A stretch of DNA of 64,000 nt from Burkholderiales bacterium. GTDB lineage: Bacteria; Pseudomonadota; Gammaproteobacteria; Burkholderiales; JACQAP01. Within the stretch, counting starts at the first letter, position 1. Every line of letters begins with the position of its first letter. Of this stretch, positions 12,447 through 24,956 are shown in pieces. The stretch lies in contig DASZQJ010000166.1 in assembly GCA_035549715.1 (NCBI GenBank), forward strand, positions 11,544-75,543, written 5' to 3'. The position numbers and the translations under genes are program-made. The notes under the pieces were generated by a model, which saw nothing but the letters and a program-made list of their open reading frames with translations, was not told where the DNA came from and did not search any database.

Positions 12447-13439
12447 ATGAGCCATCCGGAGGACGTGCTGTTCCAGGGGGAGCGGGCATTGCCCGCCCTG
12501 CCCGCCTGCGAGCACTTCGCCGGCAACGAGAAATTCATCCGCAAGGCCTTCGCGCTGCAAGCCGAGCTCGGACCGGTCTTCGACGTCACCTGCGATTGCG
12601 AGGATGGCGCGCCGGCCGGCCAGGAGCGCGAGCACGCGACCCTGGTCGCCAGGCTCGTCAATTCCGGGGACAACCCTTTCCAGCGCGCGGGCGCCCGCAT
12701 CCACGATCCGGCGCATCCGGCCTTCCGGCAGGACGTCGACATCCTGGTGGGCGAGGCCGGCGCGCGGCTCGCCTACGTGACCATCGCCAAGCCGGTTTCC
12801 TATGACCAGGCCGCGTCCGCCTGCGACTACGTGCGCGATCGCGCGGCGAAGTCCGGACTGGCGAGCTGTCCGCCGCTGCACATCCTGGTCGAAACCCAGG
12901 CCGCGCTGCGCGACGTGGCCCGCATTGCCGCCCTGCCCGGGCTCGAGGCGCTGGACTTCGGGCTGCTCGATTTCGTGTCCGACCACCGCGGCGCGGTGCC
13001 TGCCAGCGCGATGCGCTCCCCCGGCCAGTTCGACCATCGCCTGGTCGGGCGCGCCAAGGTCGAAGTCGTCGCGGCTGCGCTGGCCAACGGCGTGGTGCCG
13101 ACCCACAATCCCTGTTTCGACCTCGAAAACCCCGAGGCACCGGGCGCGGACGCGGGACGGGCCCGCAATGAATTCGGCTTCCTGCGCATGTACAGCATCC
13201 ATCCGGCGCACATCCGCCCGATCGTCACGGCGATGTGCCCGTCGGATGCCGACGTGCGTCGTGCCGCCGAGATCCTGGTCGCGGCCGCCAGGGCCGGCTG
13301 GGGGCCGGTGCGCCACGAAGGCGAAATGCACGATCGCGCCAGCTACCGGTACTTCTGGGACCTGCTCAAGCGCGCCCGCACCACCGGCGTTGCGTTGCCC
13401 GACGACGCCGAACAGACGTTCTTTGCAAAGGCGGCGTGA
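12447..13439 (+). CDS. HpcH/HpaI aldolase / citrate-lyase beta-subunit (CitE)-like protein
   Basis: ATG 12447 ([30 protein letters not shown]...) lies within ORF 12228..13439, 17 nt after the mdh stop. The translation resembles CitE-like proteins ([27 protein letters not shown]). The exact substrate cannot be called. Confidence 0.75.
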   Translation: MSHPEDVLFQGERALPALPACEHFAGNEKFIRKAFALQAELGPVFDVTCDCEDGAPAGQEREHATLVARLVNSGDNPFQRAGARIHDPAHPAFRQDVDILVGEAGARLAYVTIAKPVSYDQAASACDYVRDRAAKSGLASCPPLHILVETQAALRDVARIAALPGLEALDFGLLDFVSDHRGAVPASAMRSPGQFDHRLVGRAKVEVVAAALANGVVPTHNPCFDLENPEAPGADAGRARNEFGFLRMYSIHPAHIRPIVTAMCPSDADVRRAAEILVAAARAGWGPVRHEGEMHDRASYRYFWDLLKRARTTGVALPDDAEQTFFAKAA

Positions 13440-13462
13440 CCCGCCGTCCACGGAGATCCGCA

Positions 13463-14347
13463 ATGCCAGAATCCGCAGGCAAGAAATTCAGGGCCGCCCT
13501 CGCCACCGAGAAGCCGCTGCAGGTCATCGGCGCCATCAATGCCTACCATGCCCGCATGGCGGAGCGCGTCGGCTACAAGGCGATCTACCTCTCCGGCGGG
13601 GGCGTCGCGGCCGGCTCGCTGGGCCTGCCCGACCTGGGCATCTCGACGCTCGACGACGTGCTGACCGACATCCGGCGCATCACGGACGTGTGCGGCCTGC
13701 CGTTGCTGGTCGACGTGGATACCGGCTTCGGCGGCGCCTTCAACATCGCGCGCACCGTGAAGTCGCTGATCAAGTTCGGCGCGGGCGCCATGCACATCGA
13801 GGACCAGGTTCAGGCCAAGCGCTGCGGCCACCGTCCGAACAAGGAGATCGTCAGCAAGGACGAGATGGTCGACCGCATCAAGGCGGCGGTGGACGCGCGA
13901 ACCGACCCGGACTTCGTGATCATGGCGCGAACCGACGCCCTGGCCGTGGAAGGCCTCGACAAGGCGATCGAGCGCGCGCGGGCCTGCGTCGAAGCCGGGG
14001 CCGACATGATCTTCCCCGAGGCGATGACCGAACTTTCGATGTACAGGAAGTTCGCGGACGCGGTGCAGGTTCCGGTGCTGGCGAACATCACGGAGTTCGG
14101 CGCCACGCCGCTGTTCACGGTGGACGAGTTGCGCGGCGCCAACGTCAGCATCGTGCTCTACCCGCTGTCCGCCTTCCGCGCCATGAACGCGGCGGCGCTG
14201 AACGTCTACCAGGCGGTGCGCAGGGACGGCACGCAGAAGAACGTGGTGTCGACAATGCAGACGCGCAACGATCTCTACGAATACCTCGACTACCATTCGT
14301 TCGAGCAGAAGCTCGACCAACTGTTCGCAAAGGAAAAAGGCCAATGA
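13463..14347 (+). CDS. prpB: 2-methylisocitrate lyase
   Basis: ATG 13463 ([30 protein letters not shown]...). PEP-mutase/isocitrate-lyase superfamily motifs are present ([22 protein letters not shown]). Confidence 0.9.
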   Translation: MPESAGKKFRAALATEKPLQVIGAINAYHARMAERVGYKAIYLSGGGVAAGSLGLPDLGISTLDDVLTDIRRITDVCGLPLLVDVDTGFGGAFNIARTVKSLIKFGAGAMHIEDQVQAKRCGHRPNKEIVSKDEMVDRIKAAVDARTDPDFVIMARTDALAVEGLDKAIERARACVEAGADMIFPEAMTELSMYRKFADAVQVPVLANITEFGATPLFTVDELRGANVSIVLYPLSAFRAMNAAALNVYQAVRRDGTQKNVVSTMQTRNDLYEYLDYHSFEQKLDQLFAKEKGQ

Positions 14348-15498
14348 GCGAAGCCATCCCGACCACGCCCAAGCCCAAGAAATCCGTCGCGCTGTCCGGC
14401 GTCACCGCCGGCAACACCGCGCTGTGCACGGTGGGCCGCACCGGGAACGACCTGCACTACCGCGGGTACGACATCCTGGATTTCGCCGAAGCCGCGGAGT
14501 TCGAGGAGATCGCCTACCTGCTGGTGCACGAGAAGCTGCCCACGAAGGCCGAGCTCGCGAGCTACAAGAGGAAGCTGAAGGCCCTGCGCGGGCTGCCGAC
14601 GGCGGTCAAGGCCGCGCTCGAATGGATCCCGGCCTCCGCCCACCCGATGGACGTGCTGCGCACCGGTTGTTCCGCCCTGGGCACGGTGCTGCCCGAGAAG
14701 GACGACCACAACGTTCCCGGCGCGCGCGACATCGCCGACCGCCTGATGGCCTCCTTCGGCTCCATGCTGCTCTACTGGTACCACTGGAGTCACAACGGCC
14801 GCCGCATCGAGACCGAGACCGACGACGACTCCATCGGCGCCCACTTCCTGCACCTGCTGCACGGCAGGGAACCCTCCGCGCTCTGGGAGCGCGCGATGCA
14901 CACCTCCCTGATCCTGTACGCCGAGCACGAGTTCAATGCCTCCACATTCACCGCGCGCGTCATCGCGGGCACGGGCTCGGACATGTATTCCGCGATTGCC
15001 GGCGGCATCGGGGCGCTGCGCGGCCCCAAGCATGGCGGCGCCAACGAAGTCGCCTACGAGATCCAGCAGCGCTACCACTCCGCCGACCAGGCGGAGGCGG
15101 ACATCAAGAAGCGCATCGCCGAAAAGCAGATCGTGATCGGCTTCGGTCACCCGGTGTACACCACCGGCGACCCGCGCAACAAGGTGATCAAGGCTGTCGC
15201 CGACCGCCTGTGCAAGGACACGGGCAATTCGGCGCTGTTCGACATCGCCGAGCGCATCGAGACCGTCATGTGGAACGAGAAGAAGATGTTCCCCAACCTG
15301 GACTGGTTCTCCGCGGTGAGCTACAGCCAGATGGGCATCCCCACCGCGATGTTCACCCCGATCTTCGTCATCAGTCGCACCTCGGGCTGGTCGGCGCACG
15401 TGATCGAGCAGCGCATCGACGGCAAGATCATCCGCCCGAGCGCGAACTACACCGGTCCCGAGAACCAGAAGTGGGTCTCGATCGACAAGAGAAAATGA
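14344..15498 (+). CDS. prpC: 2-methylcitrate synthase
   Basis: ATG 14344 overlaps the prpB stop (ATGA). The citrate-synthase family core is present ([21 protein letters not shown]). It lies inside the artificially long ORF 12802..15498. Confidence 0.9.
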   Translation: MSEAIPTTPKPKKSVALSGVTAGNTALCTVGRTGNDLHYRGYDILDFAEAAEFEEIAYLLVHEKLPTKAELASYKRKLKALRGLPTAVKAALEWIPASAHPMDVLRTGCSALGTVLPEKDDHNVPGARDIADRLMASFGSMLLYWYHWSHNGRRIETETDDDSIGAHFLHLLHGREPSALWERAMHTSLILYAEHEFNASTFTARVIAGTGSDMYSAIAGGIGALRGPKHGGANEVAYEIQQRYHSADQAEADIKKRIAEKQIVIGFGHPVYTTGDPRNKVIKAVADRLCKDTGNSALFDIAERIETVMWNEKKMFPNLDWFSAVSYSQMGIPTAMFTPIFVISRTSGWSAHVIEQRIDGKIIRPSANYTGPENQKWVSIDKRK

Positions 15499-15503
15499 AA
15501 ACC

Positions 15504-15565
15504 GTGAGGCGTTAGGCGAGAGGCGGAGAGTCCGCACCCCTCACGCCTTACGCCTGGCGCCTCAC
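15504..15565 (+). repeat. long imperfect hairpin built from AGGCGnn heptads (prpC-prpD intergenic)
   Basis: Left arm GTGAGGCGTTAGGCGAGAGGCG (15504-15525) pairs with right arm CGCCTTACGCCTGGCGCCTCAC (15544-15565). Pairing is about 20 of 22 positions when G-U wobbles are counted. No T-tract follows. Confidence 0.5.
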
Positions 15566-15626
15566 CTGCCACGGAATTCGCCGACAATCCCGTCTCCGAG
15601 AAACTCGATCAACAGGTCATCCATCC

Positions 15627-17078
15627 ATGTCCGCCCATATTTCCAACGTCCGCCCCAAGCCCGACAAGGTGCTGGTCGACATCGTCGACTACGTCACGAA
15701 ATACAAGATCGCCAGCAAGGAGGCCTACGACACCGCGCGCTACTGCCTGATGGATACGCTGGGCTGCGGCTTCGAGGCCCTCGAGTATCCCGCCTGCACC
15801 AAGCTGCTCGGGCCCATCGTGCCCGGTACCGTGGTGCCGAACGGCGCCAAGGTGCCCGGCACGCCATTCCAGCTCGACCCCGTGCAAGCCGCGTTCAACA
15901 TCGGCGCGATGATCCGCTGGCTGGATTTCAACGACACCTGGCTCGCCGCCGAGTGGGGCCATCCGTCGGACAACCTCGGTGGCATCCTTGCCGTGGCGGA
16001 TTGGCTGTCCCGCAATGCGGTCGCCGCGGGCAAGAAGCCGCTCACGGTGAACGACGTGCTCACCGGCATGATCAAGGCCCACGAGATCCAGGGCTGCATC
16101 GCGCTGGAGAACAGCTTCAACAAGGTGGGCCTCGACCACGTGGTGCTGGTCAAGGTCGCCTCGACCGCCGTGGTGGCCGAGATGCTCGGCCTGTCGCGCG
16201 AGGAGATCATCAACGCCGTGTCGCTTGCATGGGTGGATGGCCAGAGCCTGCGCACTTACCGCCACGCCCCCAACACCGGCTCGCGCAAGAGCTGGGCCGC
16301 CGGGGACGCGACCAGCCGTGCGGTACGCCTCGCCTTGATCGCGAAGACGGGCGAAATGGGCTATCCCTCGGTGCTCAGCGCCAGGACCTGGGGCTTTTAC
16401 GACGTGCTGTTCAAGGGCAACGAGTTCAAGTTCCAGCGCCCCTACGGCAGCTACGTGATGGAGAACGTGCTGTTCAAGATCTCCTTCCCCGCCGAGTTCC
16501 ACTCGCAGACCGCGGTGGAAGCGGCGATGACCATCCACAAGGAGCTGCAGAAGCTGGGCAAGGGCGCGGAGGACATCAGGAAGATCACCATCCGCACCCA
16601 CGAAGCCTGCATCCGCATCATCGACAAGAAGGGCCCGCTCAACAACCCGGCCGACCGCGACCACTGCATCCAGTACATGGTCGCCGTGCCGATCCTGTTC
16701 GGGCGCCTCACTGCGGGCGACTACGAGGACGCGATCGCCTCCGATCCGCGCATCGACAAGCTGCGTGACAAGATCGTCTGCGTCGAGGACAAGCAGTTCA
16801 CCAGGGACTACCACGACCCCGAGAAACGCTCCATCGCCAACGCCCTGACGGTCGAGTTCAGCGACGGCAGGAAACTCAAGGAGATCGTGGTCGAATACCC
16901 GATCGGCCACAAACGCCGCCGCAAGGAAGGCATGCCGGTCCTGGTCGAGAAGTTCAAGACCAACCTCGCGCGCCGCTTCCCGGCCAAGCAGCAGAAGGCG
17001 ATCCTCGACCTGTGCCTGGACGCGAAAAGGCTGGGCGCCACGCCGGTCAACGAGTTCGTGGACCTGATGGTGATCTGA
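15627..17078 (+). CDS. prpD: 2-methylcitrate dehydratase
   Basis: 483-aa ORF with MmgE/PrpD family sequence throughout, in the context prpB-prpC-prpD. Confidence 0.9.
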   Translation: MSAHISNVRPKPDKVLVDIVDYVTKYKIASKEAYDTARYCLMDTLGCGFEALEYPACTKLLGPIVPGTVVPNGAKVPGTPFQLDPVQAAFNIGAMIRWLDFNDTWLAAEWGHPSDNLGGILAVADWLSRNAVAAGKKPLTVNDVLTGMIKAHEIQGCIALENSFNKVGLDHVVLVKVASTAVVAEMLGLSREEIINAVSLAWVDGQSLRTYRHAPNTGSRKSWAAGDATSRAVRLALIAKTGEMGYPSVLSARTWGFYDVLFKGNEFKFQRPYGSYVMENVLFKISFPAEFHSQTAVEAAMTIHKELQKLGKGAEDIRKITIRTHEACIRIIDKKGPLNNPADRDHCIQYMVAVPILFGRLTAGDYEDAIASDPRIDKLRDKIVCVEDKQFTRDYHDPEKRSIANALTVEFSDGRKLKEIVVEYPIGHKRRRKEGMPVLVEKFKTNLARRFPAKQQKAILDLCLDAKRLGATPVNEFVDLMVI

Positions 17079-17093
17079 GGCAGCCCGCGACCC

Positions 17094-17531
17094 ATGCCCG
17101 TTACATGCCCGATCCGCACGGCACTGCTCTTGCTGGCAACCCTCGGCATGACGGCGGCCCATGCCGATGGGAATCCCATGCAGCCCGGGACCTGGGAGTT
17201 CACCCGCTCTGGCGGCATGGCGGCCAACCTCATTGGCCGGTTCTGCATCACGGCGCGGGACATCGCGGACCCGCTTTCCCCCGTCAACGGATTCCTGTCC
17301 AGTGAGGAAAAGTCCGGCTGCCGTGACTGGAAAGTGGAATGGAAGGGCGAGCGGGCCCTGTACTCGGGCACGTGCCGCCTCGGCGGGAAGGCCGCCGAGG
17401 TCAGCGGGCGCATCGTCGCCAATGCCGGCAACTATTCGGATACGCAGAGCGTCAAGAAGGAAGGCGAGGCTGCGTCGTCCCCGATCCTCGACATCATCAA
17501 CGGCCTGCGGCTCGGGCCTTGCGAAAACTGA
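17094..17531 (+). CDS. exported Cys-containing hypothetical protein (DUF3617-like, from memory)
   Basis: 145-aa ORF with a signal peptide ([24 protein letters not shown]), a PGTWEF motif and four spaced Cys. It is wedged between prpD and acnA. Confidence 0.55.
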   Translation: MPVTCPIRTALLLLATLGMTAAHADGNPMQPGTWEFTRSGGMAANLIGRFCITARDIADPLSPVNGFLSSEEKSGCRDWKVEWKGERALYSGTCRLGGKAAEVSGRIVANAGNYSDTQSVKKEGEAASSPILDIINGLRLGPCEN

Positions 17532-17554
17532 CCGGTTCACCTCCTGGAGGCCCC

Positions 17555-20260
<2,706 letters not shown>

Positions 20261-20377
20261 CCGGGCGCGCCGTCCTGCGCAAACCGGCCGGGGCCGCGAG
20301 GCCCGGGCCGGAGGCGCCGAAATCGACGCGTGCGCGCCTTGCGCAACGCGCGCGCAAACTCAAGCCCGAGGCAGCGG

Positions 20378-20415
20378 CCCCCGCCCCTCCCCCGCCCCGC
20401 CCCCCGGCCGTCCCC
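20378..20415. repeat. C-run tract (G-quadruplex / i-motif forming potential)
   Basis: Six runs of 4-6 C are separated by single nucleotides except before the last run: 20378-82, 20384-87, 20389-93, 20395-98, 20400-05 and 20412-15. The complementary strand reads GGGG..GGGGGG.GGGG.GGGGG.GGGG.GGGGG. Confidence 0.6.
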
Positions 20416-20439
20416 GCGTCCGTCCATGACGACGGCCGG

Positions 20440-21144
20440 GTGCGCGTCTCCAAGCTGATGTCCGAGCGCGGCCTGTGCTCAAGGCGCGAGGCTGACGAGT
20501 ACATTGAGAAAGGCTGGGTCTTCGTCGACGGCGTTCGCGTCGTCGAACTCGGCACCCGCGTATTGCCTTCGCAGGCGATCACGCTCGACAAGCGCGCCGC
20601 CTCGGTGTCGCGGGTCACGGTGCTCCTGCACAAGCCCCTGGGCTATGTCTCGGGACAGGCGGAGGATGGCTACCAGCCCGCGATCACGCTCATCAAGCCT
20701 GAAGCGCAGGCCGGCGAAGGCCGCTTTTCCCGGGAGCACCTCAAGGGCCTGGCGCCGGCGGGACGCCTGGACATCGATTCCACGGGCCTGCTCGTGCTCA
20801 CGCAGGACGGGCGCGTCGCGAAGCTGCTGATCGGCGACGATTCGCCGGTCGACAAGGAGTACCTCGTGAAGGTGGAGGGCCGCCTGGACGACGCGGGTTT
20901 GAAGTCGCTCAACCACGGGCTGAGCCTGGATGGCGTGGCGCTGCGCCCCGCGCGGGTGGAATGGGCGGGCCGCGGACAGCTGCGCTTCGTGCTGCGCGAG
21001 GGCCGCAAGCGCCAGATTCGCCGCATGTGCGAGCTGGTGGGCCTGAAGGTGACCGCACTCAAGCGCATCCGCATCGGCAAGGTTCTGCTGGGTGACCTGC
21101 CGCCCGGCCGCTGGCGCTACCTCCGGGACGGCGAGGCGTTCTGA
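20440..21144 (+). CDS. RsuA/RluF-family pseudouridine synthase with S4 domain
   Basis: The tail of ORF 18040..21144 reads (V)RVSKLMSERGLCSRREADEYIEKGWVFVDG (S4 domain) and carries the catalytic GRLDIDSTGLLVLTQDG. The start is uncertain: GTG 20440 is preferred, with ATG 20458 or TTG 20257 (a Pro/Arg-rich extension) as alternatives. Confidence 0.8.
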   Translation: MRVSKLMSERGLCSRREADEYIEKGWVFVDGVRVVELGTRVLPSQAITLDKRAASVSRVTVLLHKPLGYVSGQAEDGYQPAITLIKPEAQAGEGRFSREHLKGLAPAGRLDIDSTGLLVLTQDGRVAKLLIGDDSPVDKEYLVKVEGRLDDAGLKSLNHGLSLDGVALRPARVEWAGRGQLRFVLREGRKRQIRRMCELVGLKVTALKRIRIGKVLLGDLPPGRWRYLRDGEAF

Positions 21145-21569
21145 TGCGGGTGGTGCTGGACACCAACGTCTGGCTCGACTGGCTGGTTTTCGACGGCAAC
21201 GAGGTGGCCGCGCTGCGCGCCGCCTGCGCGGCGAAATCCCTGCAACCCGTGATCGACGCCGCCTGCATGGACGAACTGGCGCGCGTTCTGGCATACCCGG
21301 CATTCGCGCTCGGCCCGGAAGGCATCCGGCATCGGCTGGGCCGGGCGCGGCGGCTGAGCTTGCCGCACGAGGCTGGCGCAACGCCCGTGGATCCCGCCCT
21401 GCCCCGCTGCCGCGATCGCGACGACCAGAAATTCCTGGCGCTGGCGCATGCCGCCGGGGCGGGGGCCCTGGTCACCCGCGACAAGGCGCTGCTGTGCCTC
21501 GCGGGACGGGCCCGGCGGCGCTTCGGCTTCGACATCGTCGAGCCCCGCGGCTGGCCGCCTCAACCGTAG
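21144..21569 (+). CDS. PIN-domain protein (putative ribonuclease / toxin-like)
   Basis: 141-aa ORF starting MRVVLDTNVWLDWL, with further conserved acidic positions (CMDELARV, RDRDDQKFLALA, VTRDKAL). Its ATG shares a base with the TGA of the pseudouridine synthase gene (TGATG at 21142-21146). Confidence 0.7.
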   Translation: MRVVLDTNVWLDWLVFDGNEVAALRAACAAKSLQPVIDAACMDELARVLAYPAFALGPEGIRHRLGRARRLSLPHEAGATPVDPALPRCRDRDDQKFLALAHAAGAGALVTRDKALLCLAGRARRRFGFDIVEPRGWPPQP

Positions 21570-22222
21570 CGGATCACCGAGTCGGCCACCGCGGCGCGGG
21601 CCGTGCGATAGGCGTTGATCGGATGGTCCGCATCCGCGTAGCCAAACGCAATTCCACAGACCATCTTGCGATGTGCCGGCAGATTGAAGTGTCCGCGGAT
21701 GAAATCCGGGTAGGACGCGAGGGCAGCCTGGGCAATGGTGTCGACCCCCAGGTTGCCCGCGGCCAGCATGAAGTTGGCGACGTACAGGCCGCAATCCACG
21801 GCCCCGTAGACCCCAAGGTCGGCCTCGGTGGTGATCAGCGCCAGGTGCGGTGCGCCGAAGAAGCGGAAGTTTTCCAGCGACTGCTCCGCGGCAGCCGCCT
21901 TGTCCTCGCGTCCAATGCCGAGCGCCTGGTAGAGCTGGACGCCGCAGACCTTGCGCCGGTCACGATAAATCCCCTCGTAGCGGATCGGGAACGCGAAATC
22001 GGGGTTGATGGGATCGCCCTTGCTCGCGTGGGCGTACATGGCGGCGCGGAACGCCTCCAGCGGTTGCCCTCCCAGCAGGATCACCTGCCACGGCTGGGTA
22101 TTGCACCAGGAAGGGGTCTTGCTGGCGAGGTCGAGGATGGCCTCGATGTCCGCCGGGGACACCCGCTTCGCGAGGTATCTGCGGCAGCTGTAACGGCGGA
22201 CGACGATGTCTTCCAGCTCCAT
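21560..22222 (-). CDS. nitroreductase-family protein
   Basis: 220-aa ORF starting MELEDIVVRRYSCRRYL, with SWCNTQPW and the overall nitroreductase pattern. Confidence 0.85.
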   Translation of the reverse strand: MELEDIVVRRYSCRRYLAKRVSPADIEAILDLASKTPSWCNTQPWQVILLGGQPLEAFRAAMYAHASKGDPINPDFAFPIRYEGIYRDRRKVCGVQLYQALGIGREDKAAAAEQSLENFRFFGAPHLALITTEADLGVYGAVDCGLYVANFMLAAGNLGVDTIAQAALASYPDFIRGHFNLPAHRKMVCGIAFGYADADHPINAYRTARAAVADSVIRYG

Positions 22223-22232
22223 GGCCGCCGTC

Positions 22233-22703
22233 CTATTGTCTGCCCTTCTTCTTCCCGGCCGCCTTCTTTCCAGCCTTCGGCGGCGACCAGGGCTTGTCCC
22301 TGTGTTGCGGGCGGAAGCGCTCGTCGGGTTCCACCTGCAGCCCCATGGTCAGGCGGTTGCCGGCATTGGCCAGCGCGACGATCTCGTTGAACTCGGCAAG
22401 CATGGCATCGTCCAGGCCGTGGCGGCGCGCGGCGAACGTGTGCGACGTGACGCAGTACTCGCAATTGTTGTTGACGCTCACGGCAAGGTAGATGAGCTCC
22501 TTGGTAAGCGGGTCCAGCCGGGAAGGCTTGACCATCACCTCCTTCATCTGGCCCCAGAAGCGCTTGAGCAGGGGCGGATGCGCCGCCAGCGCCCGCCAGA
22601 TGTTGTTGATGTAGTCGGTCTTGCGCGTTCTCATGATGTCATCGAAAACAGCCCGGACTTCCGGGGTCGCGTCCTCGTAATTCACCAGCTTGACCTGGGC
22701 CAT
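22233..22703 (-). CDS. carboxymuconolactone decarboxylase (AhpD-like) family protein
   Basis: 156-aa ORF with a CxxC in the typical context (VSVNNNCEYCVTSH) and a Lys-rich C-terminal tail. It lies 10 nt upstream of the nitroreductase gene. Confidence 0.75.
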   Translation of the reverse strand: MAQVKLVNYEDATPEVRAVFDDIMRTRKTDYINNIWRALAAHPPLLKRFWGQMKEVMVKPSRLDPLTKELIYLAVSVNNNCEYCVTSHTFAARRHGLDDAMLAEFNEIVALANAGNRLTMGLQVEPDERFRPQHRDKPWSPPKAGKKAAGKKKGRQ

Positions 22704-22824
22704 GCCAATAACCTCCTGAAAATCGGTGCGTTTGCAACCAGCGGCATCTTAGCACCAGCCTGCGCGAGGTCCGCTGCCAGGCCGGGCGTGGCATAATGGC
22801 CCGATTATCCGGGCGTTGCGTACC

Positions 22825-23364
22825 ATGAAGTTCCTGTTCGACATCTTTCCTGTCCTGCTGTTTTTCGCCGCCTTCAAGGTCTGGGGCATCTACGTGGCGA
22901 CGGCCGTGGCCATCGTGGCCACCTTCGCCCAGGTGGCGTGGTCCTGGCTGCGGCATCGCAAGGTCGACACCATGCTGTGGGTCAGCCTGGCGATCATCGG
23001 GGTCTTCGGCGGCGCCACGCTGTGGCTGCATGACGAGACCTTCATCAAATGGAAGCCCACGGTGCTCTACTGGTTCTTCGCCCTGGTCCTGCTCGGTTCC
23101 GTGCTGCTGTTCCGCAAGAACCTGATCCGGGCCATGATGGAAAAGCAGCTCACGCTCCCCGATCCGGTCTGGCAAAGGCTCAACCTGAGCTGGGCCGGCT
23201 TCTTCGTGGTGATGGGCGCCGCGAACCTCTACGTCGCCTTCCATTTCCCGACCGAGCTGTGGGTCAACTTCAAGCTGTTCGGCGGCATCGGCCTGATGGT
23301 GGCCTTCGTCATCGCGCAGGGGCTGATGCTCAGCCGCTACATCGAGCAGGAGGAGAAGAAATAG
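22825..23364 (+). CDS. yciB: intracellular septation protein A
   Basis: ATG 22825 ([23 protein letters not shown]...) followed by five hydrophobic helices. Conserved context is yciB-yciI-bolA. Confidence 0.85.
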   Translation: MKFLFDIFPVLLFFAAFKVWGIYVATAVAIVATFAQVAWSWLRHRKVDTMLWVSLAIIGVFGGATLWLHDETFIKWKPTVLYWFFALVLLGSVLLFRKNLIRAMMEKQLTLPDPVWQRLNLSWAGFFVVMGAANLYVAFHFPTELWVNFKLFGGIGLMVAFVIAQGLMLSRYIEQEEKK

Positions 23365-23666
23365 TGCTGTACGCGATCATCGGCGAGGACGTCCCCAACA
23401 GCCTGGACAAGCGCATGGCCGCGCGTCCCGCCCACTTGAAGCGCGTGGACGAGCTCATCGCCAACGGCAGGCTGGTGCTGGGCGGCGCATTCCCGGCGAT
23501 CGATGCCATGGACCCGGGACCGGCGGGCATGACCGGCAGCCTCATCGTCGCCGAGTTCGATTCGCTCGAGCAGGCCCGGGCATGGATCGACGCCGACCCT
23601 TACGTCACGGAGGGCGTCTTCGCCCGGGTGACGGTGAAGCCCTATCGCAAGGTCTTCCCGAAGTGA
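23364..23666 (+). CDS. YciI-like protein
   Basis: GTG 23364 overlaps the yciB stop by 1 nt. The translation reads (V)LYAIIGEDVPNSLDKRMAARPAHLKRVDEL...PYVTEGVF, about 100 aa. Confidence 0.7.
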   Translation: MLYAIIGEDVPNSLDKRMAARPAHLKRVDELIANGRLVLGGAFPAIDAMDPGPAGMTGSLIVAEFDSLEQARAWIDADPYVTEGVFARVTVKPYRKVFPK

Positions 23667-23686
23667 CCATCGTGGCCGCCGCCGAC

Positions 23687-23962
23687 ATGGTGGACACGAT
23701 CCGCAGCCGCCTCATGGCGCTGTCGCCCGAATCCCTGGAGGTTTACGACGACAGCCATGAGCATGCCGGCCACGCCGGCGCCCGGGATGGCGGCGGGCAC
23801 TTCCAGCTCGTCATCGTCTCGAAGCAATTCCACGGCAAGCCGGCCGTGGTCCGCCACCGCCTCGTCTACCAGGCGTTGTCGGACCTCATGCCGGCACGCA
23901 TCCACGCGCTGGCGATCCGCGCGTACACGCCGGAAGAAATGGGCTCTTCAGCCGAGGGTTGA
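23687..23962 (+). CDS. BolA-family protein
   Basis: MVDTIRSRLMALSPESLEVYDDSHEHAGHAG...FHGKPAVVRHRLVYQAL...IHALAIRAYTPEE is the typical BolA pattern. An alternative start is GTG 23663, which overlaps the stop of the YciI-like gene. Confidence 0.8.
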   Translation: MVDTIRSRLMALSPESLEVYDDSHEHAGHAGARDGGGHFQLVIVSKQFHGKPAVVRHRLVYQALSDLMPARIHALAIRAYTPEEMGSSAEG

Positions 23963-24043
23963 ACGCTGAACAGGGACGGCCGCGCGCCGTCCGCCCGCAG
24001 GTGCAGCACCGAAGTTCGACCCGCCACAGAAAAAGGAACTGCA

Positions 24044-24898
24044 ATGCAATCGGTCAAATCCGCCATCCTGCTTGCCTGCATCACCGGCGCGGCGCTGCTG
24101 AGCGCGGCCGGCCATGCCGAGGACAAGCAGAAGAACGCCGCCATCGTGAACGGCGTCCCCATTCCCGAGGCGCGCGTCGAATTCGTGGCCAAGGGCCAGA
24201 TCGCCCAAAGCCAGGGCCAGCAGGAGGACACGCCGGAGTTTCGCGACAACGTGCGCGAGATCCTGATCACGCGCGAGGTGCTCTACCAGGAAGCCATCAA
24301 GCGCAAGCTGGACAAGAATCCCGACTACGTCACCCAGCTCGACCTCGCCAAGCAGCAGATCATCCTCGGCCTGCTCATCGACGACCTCGGCCGCACCCTC
24401 AAGCCGAGCGACGCGGACCTGCGCAAGGAGTACGATCGCGTGAAGGCACAGACCGGCGGCGATGCCGGCAAGCAGTACAAGGCGCGCCACATCCTGGTCA
24501 AGGACGAAGCCGAGGCAAAGCAGGTCATCGCCGACCTTGCCAAGGGCGGGGACTTTGCCAAGCTCGCCCAGGAAAAGACCCAGGATCCAGGCTCCAAGGA
24601 CACGGGCGGGGAACTGGAGTGGAGCGAAGCCGAAGTCTACGTCGAACCCTTCGCCAATGCGCTCAAGTCGCTCAAGAAGGGCGAGACCACCCCGGAGCCG
24701 GTGCAGACGCCGTATGGTTACCACGTCATCCGCCTGGACGACGTGCGCACCAAGGCCTTTCCGGAATTCGACGCCGTCAAGAACCAGATCGCCCAGAGCC
24801 TCGCGGGCAAGGTGCGCGACGACTACATCGCGGATCTGCGGGCCAAGGCGAAGATCACCAAGGTCGACGCCAAGGAATCCACCGAGACCAAGAAGTAG
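24044..24898 (+). CDS. periplasmic parvulin-type peptidyl-prolyl cis-trans isomerase
   Basis: 284-aa ORF with a signal peptide and a PpiC/rotamase domain (YKARHILVKDEAEAKQVI..., TPYGYHVIRLDD). Confidence 0.85.
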   Translation: MQSVKSAILLACITGAALLSAAGHAEDKQKNAAIVNGVPIPEARVEFVAKGQIAQSQGQQEDTPEFRDNVREILITREVLYQEAIKRKLDKNPDYVTQLDLAKQQIILGLLIDDLGRTLKPSDADLRKEYDRVKAQTGGDAGKQYKARHILVKDEAEAKQVIADLAKGGDFAKLAQEKTQDPGSKDTGGELEWSEAEVYVEPFANALKSLKKGETTPEPVQTPYGYHVIRLDDVRTKAFPEFDAVKNQIAQSLAGKVRDDYIADLRAKAKITKVDAKESTETKK

Positions 24899-24918
24899 TC
24901 CGGGCGGCGCAGGACGAC

Positions 24919-24949
24919 GAAAGGGCACCGGAAGGTGCCCTTTTTCTTT
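24919..24949. terminator. bidirectional intrinsic terminator between ppiC-type gene and purL
   Basis: Stem AAGGGCACC (24921-29), loop GGAA, stem GGTGCCCTT (24934-42), followed by TTTTTCTTT. It lies between convergent genes. Confidence 0.65.
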
Positions 24950-24956
24950 ACGGGTG

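Noticed and set aside
12802-15498. An 898-aa ORF (and likewise 18040..21144, 1034 aa) that could be read as a giant fusion protein.
   Set aside because: Only the C-terminal parts are meaningful (prpC from 14344; pseudouridine synthase from about 20440). The upstream parts are out-of-frame read-through across citE-like/prpB and acnA, with low-complexity translation.
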